Below, one piece after another: positions 23,924 through 37,866 of a DNA stretch of 64,000 nt. The notes under the pieces were generated by a model that saw only the letters and a program-made list of their open reading frames with translations, made no database searches and was not told where the DNA came from. Made by a program: the position numbers and the translations under genes. Origin of the DNA: Spongospora subterranea f. sp. subterranea (taxonomy: Eukaryota); assembly GCA_049724395.1 (NCBI GenBank), contig JAUGWO010000008.1, positions 1 through 64,000 of the forward strand, read 5' to 3'. The first letter of the stretch is position 1. Each line of letters starts with the position of its first letter.

Positions 23924-26900
23924 ATGCGCAGCACTGATTCGATTAGCGTGGAGGAGGAGCATTGTCGTGACTCCTGTATCGATAATAGTCACTATCAATA
24001 TGTTGTTACAGCACATCCACCTACTATTGTTACTCACGCTATCGTCTGTGATTTCTTATCACATCACAATCTTGTCCTAGCCCGTGTCAATCATTTGCAG
24101 ATTTATACAGCGACTCGATCATCGCTGTCTTTATCGTCTGACCTTCCCATCTATGGCAGAATTGCCATTCTACAGGCGTTCAGGCCCAGGACTTCTTCAT
24201 TTGACTGGTTAACTCGTTGTCACTGAGCGTCTGCATTTCTTGATTGTTGCATATAACGAAGCCACGGGCCTAATCGATACAAAAGCTTCTGGGGATGCAT
24301 CAGATAAAGTCGGACGCCTTACCGATTACGGCTTGCTGGCTGTAATCGAACCGAATTGCGCCATGTTTGGCCTGCATATCTACGACGGGTTGCTCAAGGT
24401 TATTCCCATGACTGATGGCGGGACCTCATTCGGTGCAGCATTCGTCATCCGTTTGGAAGAACTTTTGATTGTTTCAATGACGTTCCTACATGGCGCTACC
24501 ACTCCATCCATCGCCGTTCTTTTTGAAGACACGCGTCGTCATCGATTCATGCGAACCTACGTTGTCGACATGGAATTAATGGAACTCAAACGCGACTCCG
24601 TTCCTGATGCCGCTGTTGAAACGAGCGCGGATCGTCTGGTGGCCGTTCCTGCTCCGATTTGCGGTCTGCTTATCTTCACCAACACTCAGATCCAATATCG
24701 TAATGGCGCTGTCGTATCATGGGCAGTGGCAACTTCCGGTGCACCAATTACCTCCGTTGGCCGTATCGATCAAGATGGCTCTCGTTATCTTGTTGGTGAC
24801 AGTGATGGTGTTCTATCTTTATTATGTCTTCGTTTAAACGTGTCCGGTAATGTTGTTTCGTTGGTGCTGGAGAGACTCGGTGTCGTCCCGCAGCCTTCAG
24901 CCTTGGCTTATATTGATAGTGGGTTTGCCTTCGTTGGTTCGCGGTACGGTGACTCCGCCCTCATTCAACTATCTGCTGAACCTGATTGCCATGGCGAGTA
25001 AGTTATCAACTACCACATTCATTGGATTGTTTTTGTAAACGTCTCTGTCGTTTGACAATCTATTTTCAAACTCATATTCTGTGTTGTTTTAAATCGATTC
25101 ATGTTCAAAGTCGTCATTTTTGAATAATCATTTTTGTTTCTGGTAGCAGTGGATAATGCAAAATTTAAGATTGTATGTTTTTTCACCCAAATAGCTCTCA
25201 AAACGTTTCTTGTTTACCCACCCCGACTCAATTTGCCGGCTTACCGTAAATTGCAATGTTGAAACCTTTTTTTTTCAGCTTCGTTCAAATCCGGGAGACC
25301 TTTCCGAATCTCGGTCCGATCTCAGACATGGCAGTGTTAACCTTGGAGCAACGTGCGGGCCAATGCCAACTTGTTACTTGTTCCGGCACCTTATCAGACG
25401 GCAGCCTTCGAATAATCTGTAATGGAATCGGGCTGCGAGCACATTTTCGCACCCCAGCGCACGGCATTAACAACATTTGGTCCCTGCGTTCATCACAGGG
25501 TTCTCAACACCACAATATTCTCGTACAATCTTATCCCTTCATGACGCGAACGTTAGGTGTCTCCGGGAAGACCCACTCAAATCTGGAAGATGTTTCGGTT
25601 CCAGGATTCATGTCCGAACGCTCTACGATATTTTGTGCCAATTTATTCGGCGATTTTATCCTCCAAGTAACTGACGTATCGGTTCGCCGTCTGAAAACGG
25701 GTTCAGAGGAAATTTCCGAATGGTTTCCAGAGGAGCGTAGTGGTTTAATTAGCGCAGCAACCGCCGTTGGTGATTACGTTGCTGTTGCCGTTCAGTCGGG
25801 CGCGCTTTACTTGCTTCAAGTTTTGAAAACTGGCATCATAGTGGTTGTTTCCAGTGCGAGTTTTGATGACGACATATCCTGTCTTTGCATTAGTCCAGAT
25901 GCAGCTTTCATGTTTATTGGTTTTTGGGTCTCCCACCGCGTCTCTGTTTTCAGCTTACCTAGTCTGACACCGCAAACCGATTGTTCTCCTCTTGGCGAAC
26001 TGGCTATTCCAAGGTCTCTCTGTGTCACTACTCTCTCTCCTTCTTCCCCGTTATTCCTGATATGTGGTCTCGCCGATGGCAGCGTTTCTAGCTACACTCT
26101 TGTCATGGATGGCAGCAACCACTTGCGTAAATTGACACTTGTCGAATACGGTCGCGTCATTCTTGGTACACACCCAGTGACCTTAACGGTACGAGTTACA
26201 TAACGCATTTTGTCGGCCTGTTCTTCAAATTTCTATTTTGATCTAACAACAGCAGCGCTGTCCACTATCAGGAAGCGAAGCATTGATTGCTAGGACATAT
26301 TTTTTCGGTCCGCCAACATTCAGTTTCTATCTTTGCTTTCATCCTCAGCTTTTTTGCTCATTCCATATGTCCAGATTTCCCAGCACAGTAACTAACTATT
26401 TTTTATTCGTAGTTGTTCGAGTCTTATTCTAAACCGCAAATCTTCGCCTGCTGTGATCGCCCGACCTTAATTGCAGCCGGTTCTGCGGACGATCTTGTCT
26501 TCACTAGCGCCAATCTCAAATCAGTAACGGCCATGGCACCTCTGACGATCCGTGCCGAGTTGCCAACGCCTTGCATAGCTCTCTCGTCTTTGGAGGAATT
26601 CGTGCTTGGGGAGCTGGACCCCTCGCAGCGGCTTCATGTCCGAACCGTAGCGCTGCGTGAACAACCTCGTCGTCTTGTTCATCACGCCCTCACGCACACA
26701 CTCCTGGTCTGTACGCTAGCTGTAATTCAGAATGGCGATAATCGGGAAGAAGATCCTACTGAGATGCATTACATCAGGCTATATGATGACCAGTCATTCG
26801 AAGATCTCCAATGCATTACGATGGAGCCGTACGAAAATGTTTGTTCGGCTACGTTAGCGTCGTTGGATTATGTGGATTATTTTGTGGTGGGAACCGGTTT

Positions 26901-27903
26901 TACAATGCCTGGTGATGAAGAACCGCTGTCTGGAAGGATATTGGTTTATGCAATGGATCCGGTTCGTAGAGAAATGTCCCTGTACGCACAAAAATCAGTC
27001 AACGGTGCTGTGTACGCTGTGAATGCTTTTATGGGGCGTATTCTCTCTACAATCAACAGCACAATCTGCGTGTGGAGTTTGGGTGCTGTGGATGATGATA
27101 ACGACGCCTTGCGTACTTTGCATTGCGATTGTTCGCATCAAGGTCATGTTCTGTCCCTGTACCTTAAATCGCGAGGCAATATGTTCATTGTTGGCGATCT
27201 TATCAAAAGCGTAACGCTGATGTCGTTCGACCCTGAATGTTCACGTATTCGTGAAGTAGCGCGAGACTTTAACCCAAGCTGGACTGTCTGCGTTGAAATG
27301 CTTGATGACTCAGGGTATCTGGCGGCGAACAATTCTTACAACTTGATGACTCTGCGGAGAAATACAGAGGCGACTACTGATGATGATCGCATTCGCCTAA
27401 ATATTTCCGGGCGATATCATGTCGGGGAATTTATCAACGTCATACGTCAAGGATCATTGGTTGCTTGCGTGGCTGGTGACATTCAACCACAACTATTGTT
27501 CGGCACAACAAGCGGCATGATTGGGGTGTTGGCGTCGCTGACATTGCCGCAGTTTACATTATTGAGCAAGCTGCAAAATGCACTAGCTGACCAAGTTACT
27601 GTTGTTGGTGGTCTGTCACATTCAAAGTGGCGGTCGTTCCAGAATATGGAAGGTGTGATTGAAACTATTCCGACCAGCAACTACATTGACGGCGATCTGA
27701 TTGAGCAATACCTGGATCTGCCGGCTACAGAAAGGCAACAGGTACAATTTATTTTTATTTAATCTCTTTTTTAATGCAATTTGAGAAATATTTGGTAATT
27801 CTTGATTTCTGCTCACTGCCATGGTTTCCAGATCTCGGAAGAAATCGATGTCCCTTTGAATGAATTGTCGCATATGGTCCAACGTCTACGTAATATCCGC
27901 TAA
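23924..27903 (+). CDS. DDB1: DNA damage-binding protein 1 (CUL4 adaptor), 4 exons, one apparent 1-bp frameshift
   Basis: [100 protein letters not shown]. Introns ~24998-25278, ~26189-26412 and ~27742-27831. Confidence 0.95.
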
Positions 27904-28056
27904 TAATAATAACCCATTTTAAATAAACATATACATTCTGAGACCTTCATATGACTTCAGTGATCAAATGGTTGTTTCAAAAAAAAGCGTTACACACACT
28001 GAAATGGGCTTATCAGTAAGACATTGTGGTGTATTTCAGTGGGCAGTATGCAGTTC

Positions 28057-28518
28057 TTAATGGTGATGGTCTCCCTTTGATTTATGAACAAACCGTGTTC
28101 CACAGTATTTGCAAGTCTCAACCATATTAGGGCGGCGTGTATCCAACTATATAGTATACGGTCAGATCCGTCGAGACGAAGAAGAGAGAACAGAAGTGGA
28201 TGGTGCAAAATATAGCAACACCATATGAGGCTACAATAATAATATGAGATGATAATTTACCATGATGTATTCGATCGGATGTCCTAAAGCTCCTCCACCA
28301 CCATCGCAGACGGCAGTATACGATTCGACGGCAATGGGTGGAACAAGTGAAATCAGGTCAATGGCAGATGCAGGATACAGGCGACGGGTGCCTGGAGAAT
28401 CTGGCGAATCTCGTTCCCCATTTCCACTCGGTGTGTCTGCAATGAGGGCAATTCTTGTTCTCCAGCTGGATCGGCCGGCGATTGCGGCAAACCTCGCCGA
28501 CCGCATCAGATGCATCAT
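28057..28518 (-). CDS. NDUFS6: Mitochondrial complex I subunit NDUFS6/13 kDa-A (zf-CHCC); exons 28261-28518 and 28057-28146
   Basis: AIDLISLVPPIAVESYTAVCDGGGGALGHPIEYIM, intron 28147-28260, then LDTRRPNMVETCKYCGTRF; Arg-rich presequence. Confidence 0.92.
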
Positions 28519-28936
28519 CGCAAATGATTCTGTGACTCACAATTTTTGAATTTGCCGGGTACTGACTGCGCAAATTTCATCGAGAAATGCGTTACAGAAC
28601 AATTTCAATTATAATTTTCGAAACGGAGAATGTGTCACTGTGACAAGCTGACAGGAGCCATCGTTTCATTCCCACAACCGTAAGGCCAGCCTCAAACACA
28701 GTTCCTCGAAAAAACTTGTTGATTACTCAGCACATTACAATGTTGCCAAGGGAATTGCAAGCCAGAAAATCAAACGATTGTCGACCTTGACACGATGGAA
28801 AGAAACGCGCGACTCGTACTTGTGCTGAACCTTGATTAATTAACTTATGAATTCTTTCAGATTTGTGAAAAATGTTAAAATACTTGAAATGATATTTATA
28901 GCATTGCGAAAAAAAATAACGCTGAGAAATGGTGAG

Positions 28937-31900
28937 TTAGCCTGCACCAGAAGAGATCTTGGATATTTTTAAAGGTAACAGAGAGCACATTTCTACGCTG
29001 ATAGCGAGCTCCTGACAGAATTGTGATATTGAGTCAAGATTGGATTGCTGATTCTGTCTTATCCGGCACAACGCCACGATGGACTCGTATTCTCCAAGAC
29101 TTTGTTTCAGAAAAGAAACCTGAGAGCTTCGGTTCGCGGGAATTATGCGCGAATATCTGAATGGGCAATGAAAACCGTGAGAAACAACCGCCATCAGAAA
29201 CCTCTGAAAAACGAAAAACCGCGACATCTACTACGATGATTGATGGATAACTTAATTCCGTTTTCACTACAAGGGCGCAAAGTTAATGTGCAAAACAAAA
29301 GACGAACTAATACCAAAAAGGAGTGGGAAACAAAAAAACCTACAGTCGAGCGATTTGAAATCTTGCACTCAGGAAGGTCTTCAAATGAACCACATCAACA
29401 TTGGACCCATTGTTGATCAAAAACTTCTCATCCGTGACAGCAGATCGTTCATTTGAAGAACATAGCTTTGAAAGCGCCTCAAATCGATAAATCGCTTTCC
29501 AGATCCTATACTCCCCAATTGTCAGTCGACGAACGGTAATCTGTCCTAGCCCAATATAAAACTGAAATATTAAACTGAACATTGAATTGTAGTATCAGCG
29601 AGCAATCAAAGTACAGTACGAAACCCACATTTGACGAAAACGATGAAACCGAGACACAAATACAATCGAAAACAGCACATAGGATTTATCTTGTATGAGA
29701 ATATTACGCACAGGTAGTTGATTTTCTTGCTCCGCGTTGCATCCATCACACCTTTAGAGGAGTATTGCTGTTCCTGAAATAAAAAAGGTAAACGAAAACC
29801 AAGTTCACTTTGGCGTGAATTACAATGATAGCCACAACAATTTTGGAGGTTGCGGTCAGACATCCAAATTTAAAAAAAAAAAAGGGCATTTAAACATTGA
29901 GCAGCAATCACCTTAAGGGCAGACATCTCTGAGTACCACTCAGCAACATCATAACTGAACTGGCGAACGTAATCAGTGTAGATTTTGGGATTAAGCTGGT
30001 CCAGGACAGGCTCCGCTAGATCAATTGACCGCTTGAGCAGTTTACTATGTGGAAGTAAAATAATCTGAGCAAACCCATCAATCATGTTATACTCTTACCA
30101 GATAAAGGCGGGGTCAGAGCTAAAAGTTGAAAAATCCTTCATCAACTGGCAGCACTTCTAAATCCAAGAGTTATAAGGCAATGTCGAAAAAGCACTAATA
30201 GATCGAAAAAACCTGAAGAAGAGCGACGTAATCTGTCACAAACCCGTCAAGCTGGTAGAATTTCAACGCCAGCTGATACGCATCGTATCCGCAACGGAAA
30301 ACTTGTTGAGCCTTAAGCAATGTGCTGATCAGATGGAATAGTTGTGGAATAGAACCAAGTACGACAAGCACCTCGCAAAATTTGCGAACAAATCCAAATT
30401 CAGCTTTAGGTAGGTCTGGAAGTGACTCAAACTGGTCAATACTAACGTCAATTTCACCATTGAGGCTTGCATTCGAAAGCAATTTCGCAGACCTATAGAT
30501 GAACAACTGATATTGTCAACACATTTGCTACGGAAACAATGAAATAAATGAAACGATGTCAATGATGCTGCTGAAAGATGAAAAACTTGAAATCCGAGCA
30601 GGATAACAGTGAAGCTAATACATACATGTGCAGCTGCGAAGCAAAAATTTCAGCAGCAGCACAATGAAAATCTGCCGATACAGAATCACGCGGTCCGTTT
30701 CTGCAATTCGAAATTATCGAGTCTGCACTTTGGCAAAACACAAACGGCGTACTTCTCGATACAGGAATTGATAGCTTCGGCAGCATCAAGACAATACCGT
30801 GCCTGACTCAATCGCCCACTACTGATGTAAAACGCCGATAGCTTGATGCAGTTACTGGACCATTCCTAAGCAATCAATTCATTTGGGCGGATCACATAGA
30901 TTATTGGCAAATAACAATTGGACAGAGCTGAAACGACGCATTGAAACATTTGCAAAAAGAACATGATGAAAAAACGCGTTTTTACCACGGGATCAAACTG
31001 AAGCGTTGTCGATCGCAGCGTCAGCTGACGGTTCAGTGTACGATGACAATAGAATGCAGCTTTAACAGTTTCATTCTGCTTTGTGTATATCTGGGTAACA
31101 ATTTAGGTGATCACAGAATCCCGACATCCAGCTTGGAACTTCTCGAAAAATGATACTGAAAAGTTGGATATTTGGAAATGTTTTTATAAATTTTGATCAA
31201 GAAACTGCAATATCAAGTTGCTCAAAGTATAAAATATCGGAATATGATATAGAGCAAATCATACGGCATATTGTGCGTTCATGTTTTCCCTTATTGCAAC
31301 TGCAATTGGCGATAAACCAGTTGACGAAACTTGTTGAAAAAAACTCAATTGCGAACCGAAGCTTTCCCCAACAAATTAATCTTTGAACTAACAGCAGACC
31401 TGAAGCAAAATACCTGAGCTAAATAAAAACAGGTCTGTGTATAAAGCGCCTCTAAAATCAGTTCTGGGCCTTCACCAACACGACCGCCTGACCTTGCTGA
31501 CAAAATAACCTGATAATGTTGTTCGGCTTGCGTCAGAAATTTCAGGGATTGAACATGATCGCCCCTTTGAATCCAGACAATACCAAGCGAAATCAAGCTG
31601 AAACGAGAGCGACAGTTAACAATCAAGTATCTAAATTTTTGTGAAGAAAGTTAAGCGGGAGAACTGAAAAATATTAGGTTGATTACCGAAACCCGCTTAC
31701 AACACGAGCGGTCATTAGCGATTAATAACTTGGAAGAATATTTGTAAGCCCTACCGACTCGAAATTTGAAAACGCTCTAACAAACTTAAAATGGAGTGCA
31801 TTTACCATTGAAAAATCTCGATGTAATTAACGGTATAATCCAATTGTAACGTCTCAAGAACTTCCATCACCATTGCTCCGCCTTCAGAATATTGTTCCTG

Positions 31901-32312
31901 GACCGAAAAGTCACGCAACCGGAATCAAAATGGAGACAAACTTACAGTTTCGATGAGATTGCATCCAATAGCAGCACGAATAACGGCTTTAGCCGAGGGT
32001 GAATCTGTAGTGTCTTGCAAAGATTCCTGCAATTGTATTAGAAAACTCAGCTTGAGTAAAGCTCCGCACCGCAATCGAACCAATATTTCGCGAGCTTCGT
32101 ATTTGGATATAAAAGGCTCTTCAGGGGGGTCTTCAACCGCAGCAAGGCGCATTGCTCTCTGACCGCAAGCGTTTAATTATAACGGACCGTCATGGAAGCA
32201 ATGCAGTGCCAACTTGATAATCTGGATTACTCTGTATCGAGCCGTCGACGTCGAGGTCGGATTTATCATCAAACTCTGACAAGGGAACATCGTCCGCCGA
32301 GCGCTGCTCCAT
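28937..32312 (-). CDS. KIFBP: KIF1-binding protein homolog, multi-exon
   Basis: Exonic peptides EDPPEEPFISKYEAREIL, LEALYTQTCFYLAQV, FYQLDGFVTDYV, LAEPVLDQLNPKIY, KKINYLC, LKQSLGEYE, ELAISVEMCSLLPLKI. Confidence 0.85.
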
Positions 32313-32733
32313 CACCGATCGATCAGATCTAACAATGAAACGATCAACGAATGAGAACCGGTTATATTGGACTGTAGATCAGTGGTGGTACAATGGTACT
32401 GTAAATGTCATCTGTTACACTGGCACAGGAACGTTTGGGGAAAGCAGTTCCCGTCACACACGTCATTGTGGGTTGCGCGATTGCCATCATCCGATGCACG
32501 CCATGTTGCCCCCGGACCCTCTGGACACAATTCAAATTTCCATGGACAATCTGTATTCTTTCATGATGCCCATAAGCAATTATTTGCCGGTAGATATCTG
32601 ATTCATTTGAAAAGTACATTCTATTATCCCATCTCACTAAGTTTTATCTTTGCAGCACACCGCGTGTTGCCCCGAGATGAGGTGCCCATACTTCTCGCAG
32701 CCAGCGGTCAATTTCAACATAACTTCGTCTTAT

Positions 32734-34749
32734 CTAGTTTGGATTGCTGGTCATGATAATGGAATTCCCCCCGATACGGTTGTTAGAGGCTGCCATTCGC
32801 TCCTCATTTCGAATTATTTTCGTAAGAATATCGGCAGCAAACAGCTCCTCATCGCCAGAATCGTATAAATCATCCTCCGCCTGGTCAGACTTGGACATGT
32901 TAATCGACTTGATTTTCTTCAGCACCTTCTCCATCTCAGCCTTGAGCTGTTGCCGTTCACACAAGTTCTCCTCGAGCGCCACCAACGTTAACAGGTAATT
33001 CTCCAGCTCCTGCTCCGATATGTTGGCGTAGGTTGGCGATATTGCTGGAACCTGCGATTTCCACACATCTATATAGCACGAGTAGCGGATGGTTAGTATA
33101 AATAAATTGGTTGTCAGCTGCGCATAAATGCAAGTTGAACCATCACAAACGTGTTAAACGATGTCGTAGGATAAACAACGATCAGAAAGATCGCCAATTG
33201 GAGAGTTTCGTTACGTTGTGTGACAAATTACCAGATTTGACGTTCGCTTTGTATATGCTGACGGGTGTGGCGTCTAACTCTTCCGGTGGTGATTTATCGT
33301 TCTCTTCCCCTTGACCGTCGTTGTTCGCTTCGGGGATCTCATCCTCATCGTGGTTCGGATTATTGCCGCTGAGATTCCGGTGGACAATACGTCGCAACTT
33401 TCGGGCCTCGTTGTTGGCTTCCTGTAGGTTTGTGACCGTGACACCGGCGATGATGTTGGTGAAGATGAATCCCCCAATCGTGATGAAGATGACGCAATAG
33501 ACGGCGGCCAGGGTCCCATAACCAGATTGTTTCAACTCGTTGTAGATGTCCATCCACCCGTCCATCGACATGAATATGAACAGCGTGAACATGGCCTTGG
33601 AGATGGAGGCGAAGCTGTCGCATTGCGATGATCCAAACATATCGATACCGATGATGGCGAACACGAACATGACGATCAGCAACAGAACAACGATGTTGAT
33701 CATATCGGGCAAGGAGCGGGCGATCGTGGATACGACCATTTGCAGGCCTTTGAATACAGATACGCTGCGCAATGAGCGAAATGCTCGAAGGACTCGGAAT
33801 ATTCGCAGTAGACGCCCTGTGCTCAGAAATTCAAGCCCGTTCCCGAGCAGAGAGACTACAACCAGGAGGAAATCGAACACATTCCATCCAACCTGCACCC
33901 AGAAATTAGGCAAACTCCAAGGAAAAAGCGATCAATGTGTTTTCTTCAGACAGGCCATCAACAACAACAACATTTTATGAATGTGTGTTAAAATATTCTC
34001 ATAATTATAAACAAGTTCGATGAGTCTTTTTGTTTTACCGAACCGAAAATGGGGCGGTGAAGGGTTTGTATGGAATTGCCGGCAGTGATTGGCGGTGATA
34101 CCTTCCAGAAGATGGTGAACCCATGGAGCCATTTAAGTGCGATCTCCATCATGAATATCGTCAGGAACATGATATCGAACGCCTGGAATATTGGAGTATA
34201 GTCATCGGCCAGAACACGAACAGTTTGCAGACCGATCATGATCGAATTCATCGTGATCGCCACCAGTACGACCGAACGGAACGGGGCACTATCCAGCAGG
34301 CTGCCCAACAGAACCTCGCGAAGATGCTCATCGCCGTCCTGGCCGGAGTCGTTGTCGATCACGTCGTGAATGTTGATGAACGAGAACTTGCGCCGCGATC
34401 GCTCCGATATCTTCAGGGGCGTCGTGACCGGATACGACGCCTTGAACGGCCAGGACGATATCGGGGCACCCCCGGGCGTGAGCGACGAGTCCGGTCGGGA
34501 ATACATTCGGCGAGTTGAGATGGGCACATGGCGCTTCAGGATGCCCGATGGGGTCGGATTGAGGACACCAGCAGGGCCATACGCCTCCGCCATCTCGAAT
34601 GGCGATGCCGCCAGCGTACCGGCCCCGTCCACATTCAACAGTAGTCGGCTACTGTTGGACAGGTCTGTGTACGTGTCGGTATCTGACGATGACCCGCTAC
34701 CTCCTCCAGATGATCCCTTCGATTTCAGCATCATTGGTCGTGTCGGCAT
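32734..34749 (-). CDS. Single-domain 6TM voltage-gated cation channel, CatSper alpha-like, 3 exons
   Basis: S1-S3 (ITMNSIMIGLQT, FMMEIALKW, WNVFDFLLV), S4 RLLRIFRVLRAFRSLR, pore FTLFIFMSMDGWMDIY, S6 FIFTNIIAGVTVTNL, C-terminal coiled coil ENYLLTLVALEENL. Confidence 0.85.
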
Positions 34750-35046
34750 ATTGCCGCCCTCTCGATTTTCGCAACGGACGAACAGTACCGGCTATATATA
34801 TGTTAAAATGGTACGATCGGGGTGTTGAAACCTTTCACCTGACATCAACCACTCCATAACCAAACTGTCATTGGTGATTATCTGGCTCTGACCTATTATA
34901 CCCAAATGAGTCTGAGGCCCTTACCGCCCTGTCAATCAATCGACTTGTGAACTATATAGCCTCTATATCGAACCGTTATCGAGTTTATTTACACTCAATG
35001 AACAATCCAAAGCCGTAAATGTCAATTGCCAAGTGTGGTCGAGGTT

Positions 35047-35315
35047 CAGTTGATCTCAGTATCTCATAGACTCACATAGATAGGGTTCCTATCGTCAGCT
35101 CCTTGCTCCATAAACTGCCAGTTGTGGTCGCTTATGGAGGGTGATGTTAGCTGACTTACGATTGCGTTAGCTGGGCCCATAACCTATAGGCAAATTGACT
35201 AGGCTAAGGCAATGATAAGGCAGTTAACATCATAGCCCACAACTGGCAGTTATGGAGCAAGGAAGTGACAATAGGAACCCGATCTATAGAAATCTATGAG
35301 ATACGGAGATCAACT
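35047..35315. repeat. Diverged ~80-bp inverted repeat at the 5' end of the copia relic, with a PBS-like motif in the spacer
   Basis: 35047-35128 is the reverse complement of 35237-35315 with several mismatches; minus-strand ggttatgggcccag (copia-type PBS region) at ~35170-35185. Confidence 0.75.
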
Positions 35316-36740
35316 CAGCCGAGACCACTCGCGTCGAATACAGAGCCCCCAACAATCAATCAACCGAGTATCGAAAATGCTCGATCCAGGCTTCCAAAAG
35401 CCACACTTCAGTATAATGCAAAAAAGGCGAGCGCCGACGCAACCCCAGAAAACGCACTACTGCAAATTCAAGTGCAAGCACCCCAATGCGAACTCAATCG
35501 AGCAGGCTTTGACTTCGCCACGTTGCTCGAAAAGCACGAAACTGCGATACACACATGACATCAAACGCGCAACAAGATTACCGACGCCACGATCAGGCTT
35601 ACCGCCTATTGCAGATGTCATTGTCACAACCATACAAGTTATTTTTTTGACTGTACAAACCTGCCATCCACATGGCGCACAATAGAAAACCACTTCCAGA
35701 GCAAAGCAGCAGCCGACGTGATGGCTGCAGAAGCACAGCTAGAGCGAATTCGTTTGGGGACAATGACGACGTGCTCGAGTTCCTCAACAGTATCCGATTG
35801 ATCAGAAATTCACTGATTAACGCTGGCGCACCTCTAGGGGATCAGAAGCTCTTTTTAACGATCATCCGAAAGCTATCAAAGCGGATGCAATCATTAATAT
35901 GGACCCGAAGAACGGAAGACGTACCCCATACTGGAACAAATTCTCATGTCGTTCGCGAAATTTAACCCGAGTACAACGATTCCACAGATGCCCAACTCGG
36001 CTACGCAGCCTCACAAGCAAACCAGATGCACCAACGGCAACATTCAAGGGCACACCATCAACCAGTGCCGCGCGCTTAACCATCGATGCAACAAATGCAA
36101 GAAGGTCGGACACATTGAAAGAAGATGCCGATCGAAATTGAACCGCGACACCGGCGGAAACGGGGGCACAAAGGGCGTACACTTCGCATTTCACACCGCC
36201 GACAGCCACATCGACAGACACCGGAGCAACGTCGTCTTTGAGCCCAAACATCGTAACTACGTGCGTAACAAGCGCCATCGAGACCTCAAATGGACATACG
36301 ATGGCAGATACTCGGCTACAGTTGTGTCGACATAGGGATCACCCTCAGCACAGTATTATCAGCCCCGACCGCGACGCGCAACCTGTTGTCGATCGGCAAA
36401 GCCTGTGAAGACGGAAATATTGATAAGGCCAAGTTCAACGTCGATGGTTTCGAATTATTCAAACACGAGAAGGTCATAGCTGCTGGACCACGAGAAGATG
36501 GACTTTATATGTACCCCCTGCAGAGAAAAACACCACAACACGTATGGCGCAACAGCCATAGACTGGCACACTCCCCAAGGGAAGGTCGTACAAGAAATCG
36601 TTTTCAAGAACATCGCAACTGGAATCAAGCTTTCCGAATTCCCCATAGCCGAACACAGATGCGAAACTTGCCGAAAAAACGTAAATCAAAATAATTCGCT
36701 GGATACCTCTGGTTGTCACCTCGAGACATCGTGGCGAATA
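35237..36740 (+). mobile_element. Degenerate Ty1/copia gag-protease fragment
   Basis: Zinc knuckle CNKCKKVGHIERRC; protease C-terminal region LSTVLSAPTATRNLLSIGK...IAAGPREDGLY; frameshifted. Confidence 0.8.
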
Positions 36741-36985
36741 TAAACAGCGAAAAACTAATTTAATCGGTCATTGACATGAAACACAGAAGGGTAATGCATC
36801 TTTTTTATATGGCCAGATAGCCGAATAGCGCAAATCGGAACGGACGTGTAGTGTTGGACAAGTGGCGCCATCAGATCTGTGTGAATAGTGAGTCACGGTA
36901 ACGAAAAACAGCCCACCTTGGACAGTCAGTCCATGGGCTTTGGGCCGTGGCAGCTGAACCAGTTAACAATCACTGGGCAATCGCC

Positions 36986-37866
36986 ATGGCATTTATCAAA
37001 GTATCATGGCTGATGATGCAGAATATGTCTGTTGGCCTAATCCTGATTGGGATCGCCATTGTATTCAGTTTTGTCCTGACTCCCCACGAGATGATCGTCA
37101 GCCCTACCGACCCCAGCCTTCAGGTTCTCCCTCCTTGAACCCCCCCTGAAACCGCCAATTGACACCTGTTCCAGCTGCCATATATTCAGAACACGGTCCC
37201 GATGTGGTCATTATATTTGACCGCCGTCCTATCTTGGATAGTCATGAGTGGATATATCGCCATCCAAGGCAAATGGGATGAAGTATTCAAGCTTGGAACA
37301 GCCTGGATTGGGGCTATAGGTATTGTGGAGATTATCACCCAACTCCTCAAGAGTGTTGTTGGCCGTCCTCGACCAAATTTCTTCGCTAATCCCGTATGCA
37401 ATTTTTCCCCACCAATTTTTCACAGCCGCTTTTTAATTTTTCTCAGAATGGACGCAACGCCAGAATGAGTTTTCCATCTGGTCATACTGGATTCTCATTC
37501 GCCATAATGCACCTTATGTCGTTGTGCTTATTAGATAGGTTCAGGTTAGGAGATATTTTATGGCTCATCGAATTTCAAAAACCCTTTTCCTATTACTGAG
37601 GAGCCATTGCAAAATCTAGTTCTGATCGTTGTTCTTTCGCCAGATCAAAAACTGGCCATCTATCGTTTGTGATGATGTTGCTGGCATTATCGCCCCATAT
37701 CTTTGCTGGCTGGGTGGGAATCACTCGGATCCATGATTACCATCATCATTATCTAGATGTAGTGGCAGGAGCCCTCTTCGGGATGATGGCAGCTCGCGTC
37801 GCCTACTCGGTTAATTTTCCTGTCACAAAGCCGCGCTCTCGAGCATCTTCTCAATCGATCTTATAA
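36986..37866 (+). CDS. PAP2-family lipid phosphate phosphatase, 4 exons
   Basis: Three PAP2 motifs: KSVVGRPRP, SFPSGH, TRIHDYHHHYLDVVAG; short GT-AG introns. Confidence 0.92.

Noticed and set aside
28262..28549. Plus-strand 95-aa ORF
   Set aside because: Antisense shadow of NDUFS6 exon 1.
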